NCBI GenBank assembly: GCA_045546275.1
Contig: JAZQCM010000001.1
Location: 55,079 to 119,078, forward strand
Origin: Clostridia bacterium
GTDB lineage: Bacteria; Bacillota; Clostridia; UMGS1883
Length of the DNA stretch: 64,000 nt
Reading direction: 5' to 3'
Positions 16,638 through 25,205 of this stretch are shown piece by piece; position 1 is the first letter of the stretch; each line of letters starts with the position of its first letter. Both the position numbers and the translations under genes were made by a program. Below the pieces are notes generated by a model that saw nothing but the letters and a program-made list of their open reading frames with translations, did not search any database and had not been told where the DNA came from.

Positions 16638-17747
16638 TCAGTTTGTTCTGTCAAATCCCATAAGAAGCATTACAGCTTCAGCAAAATAAAAATCGCCGTA
16701 AATTATGGGTAGTTGTCCTTTTGTACCATGATAGCTTTCGCTACCCATCTGAACTATTGAGTCTTCGTTGTCAGACCAGTCGCAAAAACGCTCATCGGTT
16801 TCTTTTATAATTTTAACGGCTGTATCACGATATAATCTTCCTTCGTTTTCCGGAAGATAATTTGCAATTGTAATCATACCACAGGCGGCAATAACACCTG
16901 CAGTGGTGTCATAAATCACAGGCTCTTTAGGTGCACGGAAATCACTTACGGGTACATATTCATTTTCCAAAGCTGCAATAAAATAATTGGCACATTTTTT
17001 TGCAGCATCAAGATATTTAACATTCTTTGTGTGCATATAGCTTTGTGCAAAGCCATATATTGCCCATGCCTGACCACGTGACCAACACGAGCCTTCGCCA
17101 TAGCCCTGACCGCCAAGAGTTTCAATAAGTTCACCTGTTTTTGTATCGTGAATGCAAATGTGATTAACACTTCCGTCAGGACGAATGTGGTCACGAAGTG
17201 TTATATCGGCATGAGCTATGGCAATTTCTCTGTAGTTTGAAACCTTTAACTCATCCGATGCCCAGTAGAGGAGAGGAATGTTCATCATGCAGTCAATAAT
17301 TGTCCAGCCTGTTCGGTCTAAATTATCTTCATCGTTCCAGGCACGGATAAAACCGCCGTTTAACATAAAGCGAGCTGCAAGCATGTCTGCCGCAAAAAGT
17401 GCACGTGTACGAGCAGCACAGTCGCCTGTTAAACGATAATCAGCTCCTGAGGACAAATGCCACATAAATCCAACATCATGGTGTAAACCGTCACGGTTTT
17501 TAAATGCCTCATCCAAAAGCTTCTGGGCATTTCGTGCGGTGTTAAGATACAAATCCTTTTTTGTACCGTTGTACATAAGAAGCATTAATCCTGGCCAGAA
17601 TCCGTTAGTCCACCAGGCAATGTCAGTTTCTGCCTTGTTGTCATGTACGCCGTTAAAAGTGGTGTAGGGGATTTTATCAAAGCTTTTTACAGCTGTTTTT
17701 GAAAGCTTTTCATCAAGCTTTTCCCAAATTTGTTTTATTGTTTCCAT
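16638..17747 (-). CDS. ugl: Unsaturated glucuronyl hydrolase, glycoside hydrolase family 88
   Basis: There are multiple blockwise matches to Bacillus GL1 UGL: WWTNGFWPG, HHDVGFMW, IDCMMNIPLLYWAS, WSRGQAWAIYGFA and IYGDFYFAEAVMLL. Confidence 0.9.
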   Translation of the reverse strand: METIKQIWEKLDEKLSKTAVKSFDKIPYTTFNGVHDNKAETDIAWWTNGFWPGLMLLMYNGTKKDLYLNTARNAQKLLDEAFKNRDGLHHDVGFMWHLSSGADYRLTGDCAARTRALFAADMLAARFMLNGGFIRAWNDEDNLDRTGWTIIDCMMNIPLLYWASDELKVSNYREIAIAHADITLRDHIRPDGSVNHICIHDTKTGELIETLGGQGYGEGSCWSRGQAWAIYGFAQSYMHTKNVKYLDAAKKCANYFIAALENEYVPVSDFRAPKEPVIYDTTAGVIAACGMITIANYLPENEGRLYRDTAVKIIKETDERFCDWSDNEDSIVQMGSESYHGTKGQLPIIYGDFYFAEAVMLLMGFDRTN

Positions 17748-18550
17748 AGATCATTCTCCTTTTGCTTTCTGTACGCTGACGGAGATTGCCCCGCATAGCG
17801 TGTAAATGCCTTTGTAAATTTTGATTGTGTGTCATAGCCTACTATGCTTGCTATTTCACCAATGGAAAAGCGGCTTCTCTTTAAAAGCTCAAATGCCATT
17901 TCCATGTGCTGGTTAAGAATGTATTTTTTGGGTGATATACCGATTTTTTCGGTGAAAATATTGCAAAAATAATTACGCGAAATATTCAAGTGACGACACA
18001 CATCGACTACAGTGGTGTGTTTGCCGATGTTCTCATTGATATATGAAATTGCCTTTTCAATATACATGTCGGTATGATTAATATCAGAAACGGTATCTTC
18101 CGTAATTGTGTCGGCAAAAGCCCAGAATTTGCTCATAAGAAGACAGTTTGTCATTTCGCCTGTATTAACTAAATCCCACATTGCTTTTCCGGTTTTTCCG
18201 CTTTCGTCATTTAAAATTGGTGTTTTGGGCGAAAGGGAAGATGCGCTAATCAGATTTTTTGAACCTTTTCCGAAAAATTCAACCCATGTGTATTCAAAAG
18301 GCTCATCATTGTCTGCAATGTAGTTTGCAATCTGTCCCGGAAAGATTATAAAGCCTTGATTTTTATTAACCTTGAAGGTGGACCCGTCAACATTCAGAAC
18401 ACCTTTACCTGAATGAACATAATGAAAGAGGAAGTTAGGCCATATGTGAGGCTTTTCGGAAAAAAGCGGTGCACATTTTCTGTAACCATATTGAACAACG
18501 TTAAAGTCAAGATTGTTTTTTGTATATACACGAAAATTTTTATGACTCAT
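17735..18550 (-). CDS. AraC family transcriptional regulator (cupin plus HTH_AraC)
   Basis: The HTH region reads TTVVDVCRHLNISRNYFCNIFTEKIGISPKKYILNQHMEMAFELL..IGEIASIVGYDTQSKFTKAFTRYAGQSPSAYR. An AGGAG RBS is present. It overlaps the GH88 start by 13 nt. Confidence 0.85.
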   Translation of the reverse strand: MSHKNFRVYTKNNLDFNVVQYGYRKCAPLFSEKPHIWPNFLFHYVHSGKGVLNVDGSTFKVNKNQGFIIFPGQIANYIADNDEPFEYTWVEFFGKGSKNLISASSLSPKTPILNDESGKTGKAMWDLVNTGEMTNCLLMSKFWAFADTITEDTVSDINHTDMYIEKAISYINENIGKHTTVVDVCRHLNISRNYFCNIFTEKIGISPKKYILNQHMEMAFELLKRSRFSIGEIASIVGYDTQSKFTKAFTRYAGQSPSAYRKQKENDLWKQ

Positions 18551-18563
18551 AAAAATGCTCCTG

Positions 18564-20573
18564 TCATTTAATTATTTCAGCGGTTTTGGTATTTTCACGC
18601 CATGTTACAGTTGCACCTAAGCCCTCGGCAATAAAGCGAACGGGAACTAAAATCCTATTGTTTATAACTGTTGGGTTTGCGTCTAAGGTAAAGCTTTCAC
18701 CGTTAATTTCGGCAATAGAAGTATTAAGGGTAACCTTTACGCTTGTGCCGTTAAGGTTACATGTTGCAGTTTTTGTAGCATCTTCCCAAACTACTTCTGC
18801 GCCCATTTTTTCAAACACCTGACGAAGGGGAACAAGCATCCTGCCATTTACTATAACAGGATCAACATCGCCAATAGTTCTTATGCCGTTAACAGTTACG
18901 TATAATTTGCCCTCGTTCTTATCGGCGGGAGGTACAATGTCTTTCTTTTCAACAAGCTCTAAGCCAAACTGCTGATTGTGCGTTTCAAGATATCTGTACT
19001 GAATAAGTCCTTCGCCATCATTTTTTGAAGCATCGAGAACGTCCAATGCTTTTGATGAATGAAGAGCTGTTATTCTGTAAAAGCCATCTCCTGTTGCAAT
19101 AAATGCAAATTTCTGGCTATTTTCGCCTGTATAATCGCCCGAAATAAGCTTTGCCAGGGGGTCGTGCGAAGAATTTTCAATGCCTAATGCTTTGCTCGTT
19201 ATGGTATTTGTAATGGTATAAACACCACCGCCTAAATGAGCAAGCTCCCATTCGTTGTTGCCGCCATAGGCAAATTGTGCAACCTCTCCGTCCTTTTCGG
19301 CAATATATTTTCCGCTGTGACGAGGCTTAATTCTGTAAATGCCCTCTTCGATTGGGGGAGTGGTAACAGGCATTGTGTCAACTGTTTTGCCTGTTGAGTA
19401 AAGCAGTGTGCCAAAGCCTGTCTGGTCAAAGGTGGATGCATGACCTCCCGGACCGTGTTCAACTCCCATAATCTCAATACGTTTCTTAACATTGGGCATT
19501 TCATAGCCTAAACGATTGTGATAGTGATTATAAATCATGTTCCAGATTGGACGCATTTCGCCTCTGCCTGCATTTGAAACAGCGCTATGTGAGGAATAAA
19601 TGCCTTTGCCACCGGTGCCCCACTCATACAATTCAAAGGGCATTTCAACTCCGTTGTTGTAGCCTGCAACATATTCTGCCGCATACATAAAACGATTGAG
19701 GCCATAGCCGTATAAATCGTCCCCCTGATTCCATGCCATTTCGCAAACAGATGCCATAAGGCCAATACCTAAATTGCAGTGGCCCTGGTCTCTGCCGGAT
19801 TCCTGCCACTGAGCAAGAGAACCTTCGTAAAGGTGGGGAATAGCATTGAAAATTGAACCATTGCCTCTACCATTTTTGAAGTAATTTATACCTGTTTGGT
19901 AAATGTCTTCTCTGTCGCAGAAAATGCCAATGGCAACGGTGGCTGCCATATTTGCCAGGTCCCAGTTTGCCCAGTAGTTTGTTATGTACGCATCGTTGTG
20001 GTCACGACCAAATTCGTTCGAAATAAGAAAACGTTCGCAAAGAGGCTTATAGAATACATTTATGAGTACATCCTGCATTGCTTTTACGTTAAAATCGGGA
20101 TAGTCGCGCATTAATTCTGCGGCATTTGCCAACTGATAGCCGTAAATACCTGCAGCAAGGTAACGGTCAGCATTGCCTGTAACCGTTTTTAAAGTAGATG
20201 ACCAGGAATTTAAAATTTCGCAGGCTTTTTTGCCGCATTCTTCATTTCCTTCAATTTTCCAGCGGAGCGCATTCTGATATGCTTTTGCCAAGTCTTCATA
20301 AAGCTGAGCATAGTTACTGCCATTGCCGCCACGCACAATGGTTTCAGTTGCACGGCTTGTCACGTTTGGCTGAGCATATTTACTTGTTTTAAGTGCTTCA
20401 AGACCAAGAAGAACAGTTTCGTAGCCATTTCCTATGGCAGTTTTAATATTATCAATGTCGGTTTGAGTGTGAAGAGCACCCGGATGAACAAATTGCCTTT
20501 CCTCAGCATGAACAAAGCTTATGCAAGAGAAAAGGATTGCAAAACATAAAAAAATCGAAATACACTTTTTCAT
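18564..20573 (-). CDS. Secreted polysaccharide-lyase-like protein: AlgL/heparinase-type (alpha/alpha) toroid domain, ricin-B lectin domain and two Cu-amine-oxidase-N-like wall-association repeats
   Basis: The start is placed at MKKCISIFLCFAILFSCISFVHAEE, preceded by an AAGGGGG RBS. The motif NDAYITNYWANWDLANMAATVAIG resembles the AlgL NNHSYWAAW..MA.TG block. Beta-trefoil repeats include QKFAFIATGDGFYRI and QQFGLE. The C-terminus has 2 x RMLVPLRQVFEKMGAEVVW / RILVPVRFIAEGLGATVTW. Confidence 0.65.
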   Translation of the reverse strand: MKKCISIFLCFAILFSCISFVHAEERQFVHPGALHTQTDIDNIKTAIGNGYETVLLGLEALKTSKYAQPNVTSRATETIVRGGNGSNYAQLYEDLAKAYQNALRWKIEGNEECGKKACEILNSWSSTLKTVTGNADRYLAAGIYGYQLANAAELMRDYPDFNVKAMQDVLINVFYKPLCERFLISNEFGRDHNDAYITNYWANWDLANMAATVAIGIFCDREDIYQTGINYFKNGRGNGSIFNAIPHLYEGSLAQWQESGRDQGHCNLGIGLMASVCEMAWNQGDDLYGYGLNRFMYAAEYVAGYNNGVEMPFELYEWGTGGKGIYSSHSAVSNAGRGEMRPIWNMIYNHYHNRLGYEMPNVKKRIEIMGVEHGPGGHASTFDQTGFGTLLYSTGKTVDTMPVTTPPIEEGIYRIKPRHSGKYIAEKDGEVAQFAYGGNNEWELAHLGGGVYTITNTITSKALGIENSSHDPLAKLISGDYTGENSQKFAFIATGDGFYRITALHSSKALDVLDASKNDGEGLIQYRYLETHNQQFGLELVEKKDIVPPADKNEGKLYVTVNGIRTIGDVDPVIVNGRMLVPLRQVFEKMGAEVVWEDATKTATCNLNGTSVKVTLNTSIAEINGESFTLDANPTVINNRILVPVRFIAEGLGATVTWRENTKTAEIIK

Positions 20574-20693
20574 AATAATCCCCCTTTTTGGTTTCTGATT
20601 TGATTGTACCACAAATACGGCAAAATGGAATAGGGAAAATCAGACAAAAATCATTAATAATGTCCCGAAATGTAATGTGCGTGTTAAAAACAC

Positions 20694-20722
20694 TTGATAT
20701 TAATACCATTGAAAGTTACAAT
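20694..20722 (+). promoter_or_regulatory. Candidate sigma-A promoter TTGATA-17-TACAAT for the GH43 gene
   Basis: ttgata at 20694-20699, a 17-nt spacer, tacaat at 20717-20722. An AAGGAGG RBS precedes the ATG at 20768. Confidence 0.4.
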
Positions 20723-20767
20723 AATTATAAATAAACAATTTGCCGTTCTGCACACAAGGAGGAAATT

Positions 20768-22270
20768 ATGATTACTAATCCTGTTATACGAGGTTTTAAC
20801 CCCGATCCGTCAATAATACGAATAGGTAACAGCTATTATATTGCCACATCAACCTTTGAGTGGTGGCCCGGGATAAACATTTACCACTCTTATGACTTAG
20901 TAAACTGGAGCCTTCATTCAAGACCCTTGAACAAAAAGTCCCTTCTGGATTTAACAGGAGTCCCTGATGGTGGTGGCATATGGGCACCGTGCTTAAGCTA
21001 CGACGGAAATAATGTTTATCTTGTTTATACTGTTGTAAAAGAACGTGGCGCTATGATGCAAACTGATAACTACCTTATTGAAACTAATGATATTAACGGA
21101 GAATGGTCTGAAAGGGTTTATCTCAATTCCATCGGCTTTGACCCGTCGTTTTTTCACGATGATGACGGCAAGAAATATCTTTTGAGTCTTGAAAATCATT
21201 ATGAAAAAGATAAAAGATTTAATGGATTGTATATTGAAGAATATGATTGCAATTTAAAAAAGCTTGTAGGAGGAAGGCGACTTTTATACAAGGAGCCAAA
21301 CGGTGAGCTTGTGGAAGGTGCGCATATTTATAAAAAGGACGGGTACTATTATCTTTTAAAGGCACAAGGTGGCACGGGTGTGCGCCATAGTGCCCAGATG
21401 GCACGAAGTAAAAGTCTTTTTGGAAAGTGGGAGGAGGATAGTGAAATACTTCTTCATGCAAGAGATGATATAAGCCTTCCTTTGCAAAAGGCAGGCCATG
21501 CAGATGTTGTAGATACCCCTGATGGCGATTTGTACATGGTGCACCTTGCCTCGCGTTCGTTAAATAACATTATGGGAAGAGAAACCTGCATACAAAGGGT
21601 GAAATGGGTTGACGGATGGCTCAGGCTGGAGCAAGGTGGACAAAATCCCTACGTGCACGTTGAATGCAAAGGTGAAAAGGTAGTTGCAACTAAAACGCAC
21701 TATGAATTTGAAAGCATTCACAGCTTGAAGGATTTTCAGTTTCTTCGTGATGATATTACCGAAAAGCTTTCTTTTAAAAACCATTCAATTAAGCTCAAAG
21801 GCGGTAGCGGTCTTAACAGCAAATTTAATCAGACACTTCTTGCAAGGCGTGTTGACGAGTTAAACGTAAAGGTTGAAACCAAGCTTACCTTTTCACCGCA
21901 AAATGACAGGCAAATGGCAGGGCTGGTATTTATATACGACACAAATCATTGGCATTATCTGTACATGACAAAAAAGAACGCAAACATGGTAAAGCTTTTA
22001 AGCTGCGACAAGGGAAAGCTGACTTATTATGAAAATGAGGCAGAGGTTGAAAACACAGCTGTTTTAAAGGCAGAGGTCAAAAATAATCTTATTGACTTTT
22101 TTGTAAACGATGAAAAAGTCTTTGAAAATATTAGTGCAGAAATTTTGTCCGATGAGCATATCTTTCTTGGTTTTACAGGTGCCATGGTGGGTATTAACTG
22201 TATTGACTGTGAAAAAAGGGAAGAATGGGCAAGCTTTGAATACTTTGACTATGAAAGGCTTTCTTATTAG
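20768..22270 (+). CDS. Glycoside hydrolase family 43 beta-xylosidase / alpha-L-arabinofuranosidase (XynB-like, with C-terminal beta-sandwich)
   Basis: The N-terminus NPVIRGFNPDPSIIRIGNSYYIATSTFEWWPG is the classic GH43 beta-xylosidase start. It is about 500 aa with no signal peptide. Confidence 0.85.
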   Translation: MITNPVIRGFNPDPSIIRIGNSYYIATSTFEWWPGINIYHSYDLVNWSLHSRPLNKKSLLDLTGVPDGGGIWAPCLSYDGNNVYLVYTVVKERGAMMQTDNYLIETNDINGEWSERVYLNSIGFDPSFFHDDDGKKYLLSLENHYEKDKRFNGLYIEEYDCNLKKLVGGRRLLYKEPNGELVEGAHIYKKDGYYYLLKAQGGTGVRHSAQMARSKSLFGKWEEDSEILLHARDDISLPLQKAGHADVVDTPDGDLYMVHLASRSLNNIMGRETCIQRVKWVDGWLRLEQGGQNPYVHVECKGEKVVATKTHYEFESIHSLKDFQFLRDDITEKLSFKNHSIKLKGGSGLNSKFNQTLLARRVDELNVKVETKLTFSPQNDRQMAGLVFIYDTNHWHYLYMTKKNANMVKLLSCDKGKLTYYENEAEVENTAVLKAEVKNNLIDFFVNDEKVFENISAEILSDEHIFLGFTGAMVGINCIDCEKREEWASFEYFDYERLSY

Positions 22271-22283
22271 AAGGAGGATTAAA

Positions 22284-22835
22284 ATGCTATCTTTCAGAAA
22301 AGCAACAAAAAACGACATAGAAAAAATTGCAACTATTTACTCCGATATACATACTTTAGAAGAAAAAGGACTTTCCACAACAGGGTGGATAAGAAATGTT
22401 TATCCCACAATTGAAACAGCCCAAAAGGCACTTGAAAGAGGGGATATGTTCGTATCAGAATTTGATGGTGAAATTACAGGTGCCGCCATTATAAACCAGA
22501 TACAGGTTGATGATTATAAAAAAGCACAATGGCAATATGAGGCAAATAATGAAGAGATTATGGTTTTACACACGTTAGTTATTTCGCCAATGGCTTTCAA
22601 GAAAGGATTCGGCAAGGAATTTGTAAAATTTTACGAGCAGTATGCATTGCAAAATGATTGTAAGTTTTTAAGAATGGATACAAATGCGAGGAATGTAAAA
22701 GCAAGAGCAATGTATGAGAAGCTTGGATATACCGAAATCGGAATAGTTGACTCTGTCTTCAACGGCATTGAAGGAGTGAAGCTTGTATTACTTGAAAAAA
22801 GCTGTGAAAGTACATGCTTTGGTAAAAAGTACTGA
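22284..22835 (+). CDS. GNAT family N-acetyltransferase
   Basis: An AGGAGG RBS lies 7 nt upstream of the ATG at 22284. The GNAT core reads HTLVISPMAFKKGFGKEFV...ARAMYEKLGYTEIG. The upstream extension in the ORF track overlaps GH43 and is spurious. Confidence 0.7.
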   Translation: MLSFRKATKNDIEKIATIYSDIHTLEEKGLSTTGWIRNVYPTIETAQKALERGDMFVSEFDGEITGAAIINQIQVDDYKKAQWQYEANNEEIMVLHTLVISPMAFKKGFGKEFVKFYEQYALQNDCKFLRMDTNARNVKARAMYEKLGYTEIGIVDSVFNGIEGVKLVLLEKSCESTCFGKKY

Positions 22836-22874
22836 AAAAAATATAAAAAATACAAGTAAATTTAGATAAATTAG

Positions 22875-22903
22875 TTGATTATTTGCATTAGTTGTGTTAT
22901 AAT
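22875..22903 (+). promoter_or_regulatory. sigma-A promoter TTGATT-17-TATAAT for the liv-type ABC operon, followed by a leader hairpin gaatttgc/gcaaattc (22918-22939)
   Basis: ttgatt at 22875-22880, a 17-nt spacer, tataat at 22898-22903. A perfect 8-bp hairpin sits in the roughly 75-nt leader. Confidence 0.5.
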
Positions 22904-22982
22904 ACCAACAATCTTAAGAATTTGCGGTGGTGCAAATTCTAAAAATTCAATGTTCTCAGAACAAGAAAGAAAGGGAAAAAAG

Positions 22983-24170
22983 ATGAAAAAATTATTGGCA
23001 TTGGTACTTGCACTTCTTATGATTGGTGCAACAATGGCAGGTTGTACACCTGCTGAAAACACAGGCGACACAGAAGGTGCTGAAAACGTTATCAAAATCG
23101 GCGTTTTTGAACCTCTTACAGGTGACTCCGCTTCCGGCGGTAAGAAAGAACTTCTTGGTGTTCAGTACGCAAATGCTGAAACTCCCACAGTTACTCTCGG
23201 TGATGTTGAGTACAAGATTGAAGTTGTTTATTCCGACAACGGTTCAACAACAGACAAGGCTCCCTCTGCGGCAGCTACTTTAGTTGACAAGGACGTTTCT
23301 ATTGTTCTTGGTTCTTATGGTTCAGGCGTTTCTATGGCTGCAAGTGATACTTTCGATCAGGCAGGTCTTGCTGCAATGGGTATCACATGTACAAACCCCA
23401 ATGTTACAAAGGGTAACGAACACTACTACAGAATTTGTTTCTTAGATCCTTTCCAGGGTACAGTTCTTGCAAACTTTGCTATGGAAAAGTGCGGTGCTAA
23501 GAAAGCATATCTCTTAGGCGAACTTGGTAACGAGTATGACCAGGGTCTCCTTACATTCTTCGAACAGGTATTCACAGCAGCAGGCGGCGAAGTTATCAAG
23601 GCTGACTTCCCCACAAATACAGCTGACTTCACACAGTACCTCAACACTGCAAAAGCAGAAGGCTGTGATGTAATCTTTACACCTGTTTCCATTGCATATG
23701 CAACTCAGATCGTTTCTCAGGCTGCAAGACTTGCAATCAATCTTCCTATCCTTGGCTCCGACACACTTGACGACAACAAGGTTCTCGAAGCTGCAAAGGG
23801 TACAGATACTGAACTTTATGTTTCCACATTCTACCAGGAAGGTGGTTCTCCTGAGTTTGACGAAGGTATTAAGAACTACATCAACACAAATGCTGATGCA
23901 AAGACTGCAAACGGTGGCGACGACACTATTTCTGCTGTAACAGCAATGGGTTACGATGCTTACTACGTAGCACTTGAAGCTATCAAGGCTGCAGGTTCCG
24001 GTGACAAGGCTTTAGTTAAGGCTGCTCTTCCCAATGTTACATACACAGGTGTATCCGGTGAAATCGCGTTTGATGAAATCGGTGATGCTATCCGTGACAC
24101 AGCTTACATTAAGACTGTTGATACAGAAAATGGTACATGGTTACTTGAAACAGTTCAGAAGGCTCAGTAA
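22983..24170 (+). CDS. livK: Branched-chain amino acid ABC transporter substrate-binding lipoprotein (LivJ/LivK family, Peripla_BP_6)
   Basis: The lipoprotein signal is MKKLLALVLALLMIGATMAGC. Type-I PBP features include GVFEPLTGDSASGG. It is followed by livHMGF homologues. Confidence 0.85.
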   Translation: MKKLLALVLALLMIGATMAGCTPAENTGDTEGAENVIKIGVFEPLTGDSASGGKKELLGVQYANAETPTVTLGDVEYKIEVVYSDNGSTTDKAPSAAATLVDKDVSIVLGSYGSGVSMAASDTFDQAGLAAMGITCTNPNVTKGNEHYYRICFLDPFQGTVLANFAMEKCGAKKAYLLGELGNEYDQGLLTFFEQVFTAAGGEVIKADFPTNTADFTQYLNTAKAEGCDVIFTPVSIAYATQIVSQAARLAINLPILGSDTLDDNKVLEAAKGTDTELYVSTFYQEGGSPEFDEGIKNYINTNADAKTANGGDDTISAVTAMGYDAYYVALEAIKAAGSGDKALVKAALPNVTYTGVSGEIAFDEIGDAIRDTAYIKTVDTENGTWLLETVQKAQ

Positions 24171-24190
24171 TTTAATTTGAATTTTAATTG

Positions 24191-24290
24191 TACGCTTGGC
24201 GGGATTTTCCTGCCAAGCGTATATGTGATTTTTCTTTGCTGCCTCTCAAGAAGCGGATTGCCGCTTTTTAAGAGACAGCAAAGAGTTTTG
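24191..24290 (+). terminator. Two intercistronic hairpins (partial terminator / attenuator) between the binding-protein gene and the permease genes
   Basis: Hairpin 1 is tacgcttggcggg / cctgccaagcgta (24191-24221) followed by a T-rich tract. Hairpin 2 is nested: ctttgctg..aagcgg attg ccgcttttt..cagcaaag (24235-24283). Confidence 0.55.
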
Positions 24291-24313
24291 CTTTTGAAAG
24301 GGAGGTAATATAA

Positions 24314-25189
24314 GTGCAATCAATGATAACAACATTGTTGACGGGTATGTCTGTCGGTGGACAGTATGCACTTATTGCTATCGGTTACACTATGGTATAC
24401 GGCATTTTACGCCTTATCAACTTTGCTCATGGTGATGTATTCATGGTAGCAGGTATGATGCTTATCTGGTTTTCGGCAATTCTGCCATTATCGGTTGCAA
24501 TACCTGTGGTAATCATAGCAACAATTATTTTGGGATTTTGTATTGAACGAGCAGCATATCTGCCGCTTCGTAAGGCTCCACGTATGAGTGTTATGATATC
24601 AGCAATCGGTGTAAGCTATCTTTTACAGAATGTTATTACATATCTCACAGGTGGACAGCCTATGACATATCCGACAATACCGCTTCTTGCAAAGACTGTG
24701 GATGTTTTCGGCACAAAGCAGACTATTGCAACGATGATTACTCTTCCCACAGTAATTCTGCTTGTTATTTTGCTTACATTTCTTATTAATCACACAAAAG
24801 TGGGCATGGCAATGCGTGCAGTTTCCAAGGATTTTGAAACAAGCCGACTTATGGGTATCAAAATCAACAATGTTATTTCGGTAACCTTTGTTATTGGCTC
24901 TGCTCTTGCAGCAGTTGGTTCTGTGCTCTACTTTTCAAACTACCCCAAAATTGTTGCTGTTTCAGGTGCACTTCCCGGTTTGAAAGCCTTTGTTGCAGCT
25001 GTTTTCGGTGGTATTGGTTCAATTCCCGGTGCGGTGATTGGCGCATTCATCATCGGTATATGTGAAAACCTTATTAAGGCAACTCCTTATTCCGTATTCT
25101 CCGATGCGTTTACCTTTGCTGTGTTGGTAGTTGTTCTCATTTTCAGACCTACAGGCATATTCGGCGAAAAGACCGTTGACAAAGTTTAA
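24314..25189 (+). CDS. livH: Branched-chain amino acid ABC transporter permease LivH
   Basis: GTG start with a GGAGGT RBS. Multi-TM BPD_transp_2 sequence with a LivH-like N-terminus. Confidence 0.85.
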   Translation: MQSMITTLLTGMSVGGQYALIAIGYTMVYGILRLINFAHGDVFMVAGMMLIWFSAILPLSVAIPVVIIATIILGFCIERAAYLPLRKAPRMSVMISAIGVSYLLQNVITYLTGGQPMTYPTIPLLAKTVDVFGTKQTIATMITLPTVILLVILLTFLINHTKVGMAMRAVSKDFETSRLMGIKINNVISVTFVIGSALAAVGSVLYFSNYPKIVAVSGALPGLKAFVAAVFGGIGSIPGAVIGAFIIGICENLIKATPYSVFSDAFTFAVLVVVLIFRPTGIFGEKTVDKV

Positions 25190-25205
25190 TGGGGGTGCTT
25201 TTAAT

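Noticed and set aside
22918-22939. CodY box or T-box in the liv operon leader
   Set aside because: The leader (about 75 nt) is too short for a T-box. The nearest CodY-like sequence (aaattctaaaaattc) matches AATTTTCWGAAAATT poorly. Only the 8-bp hairpin is noted, within the promoter feature.
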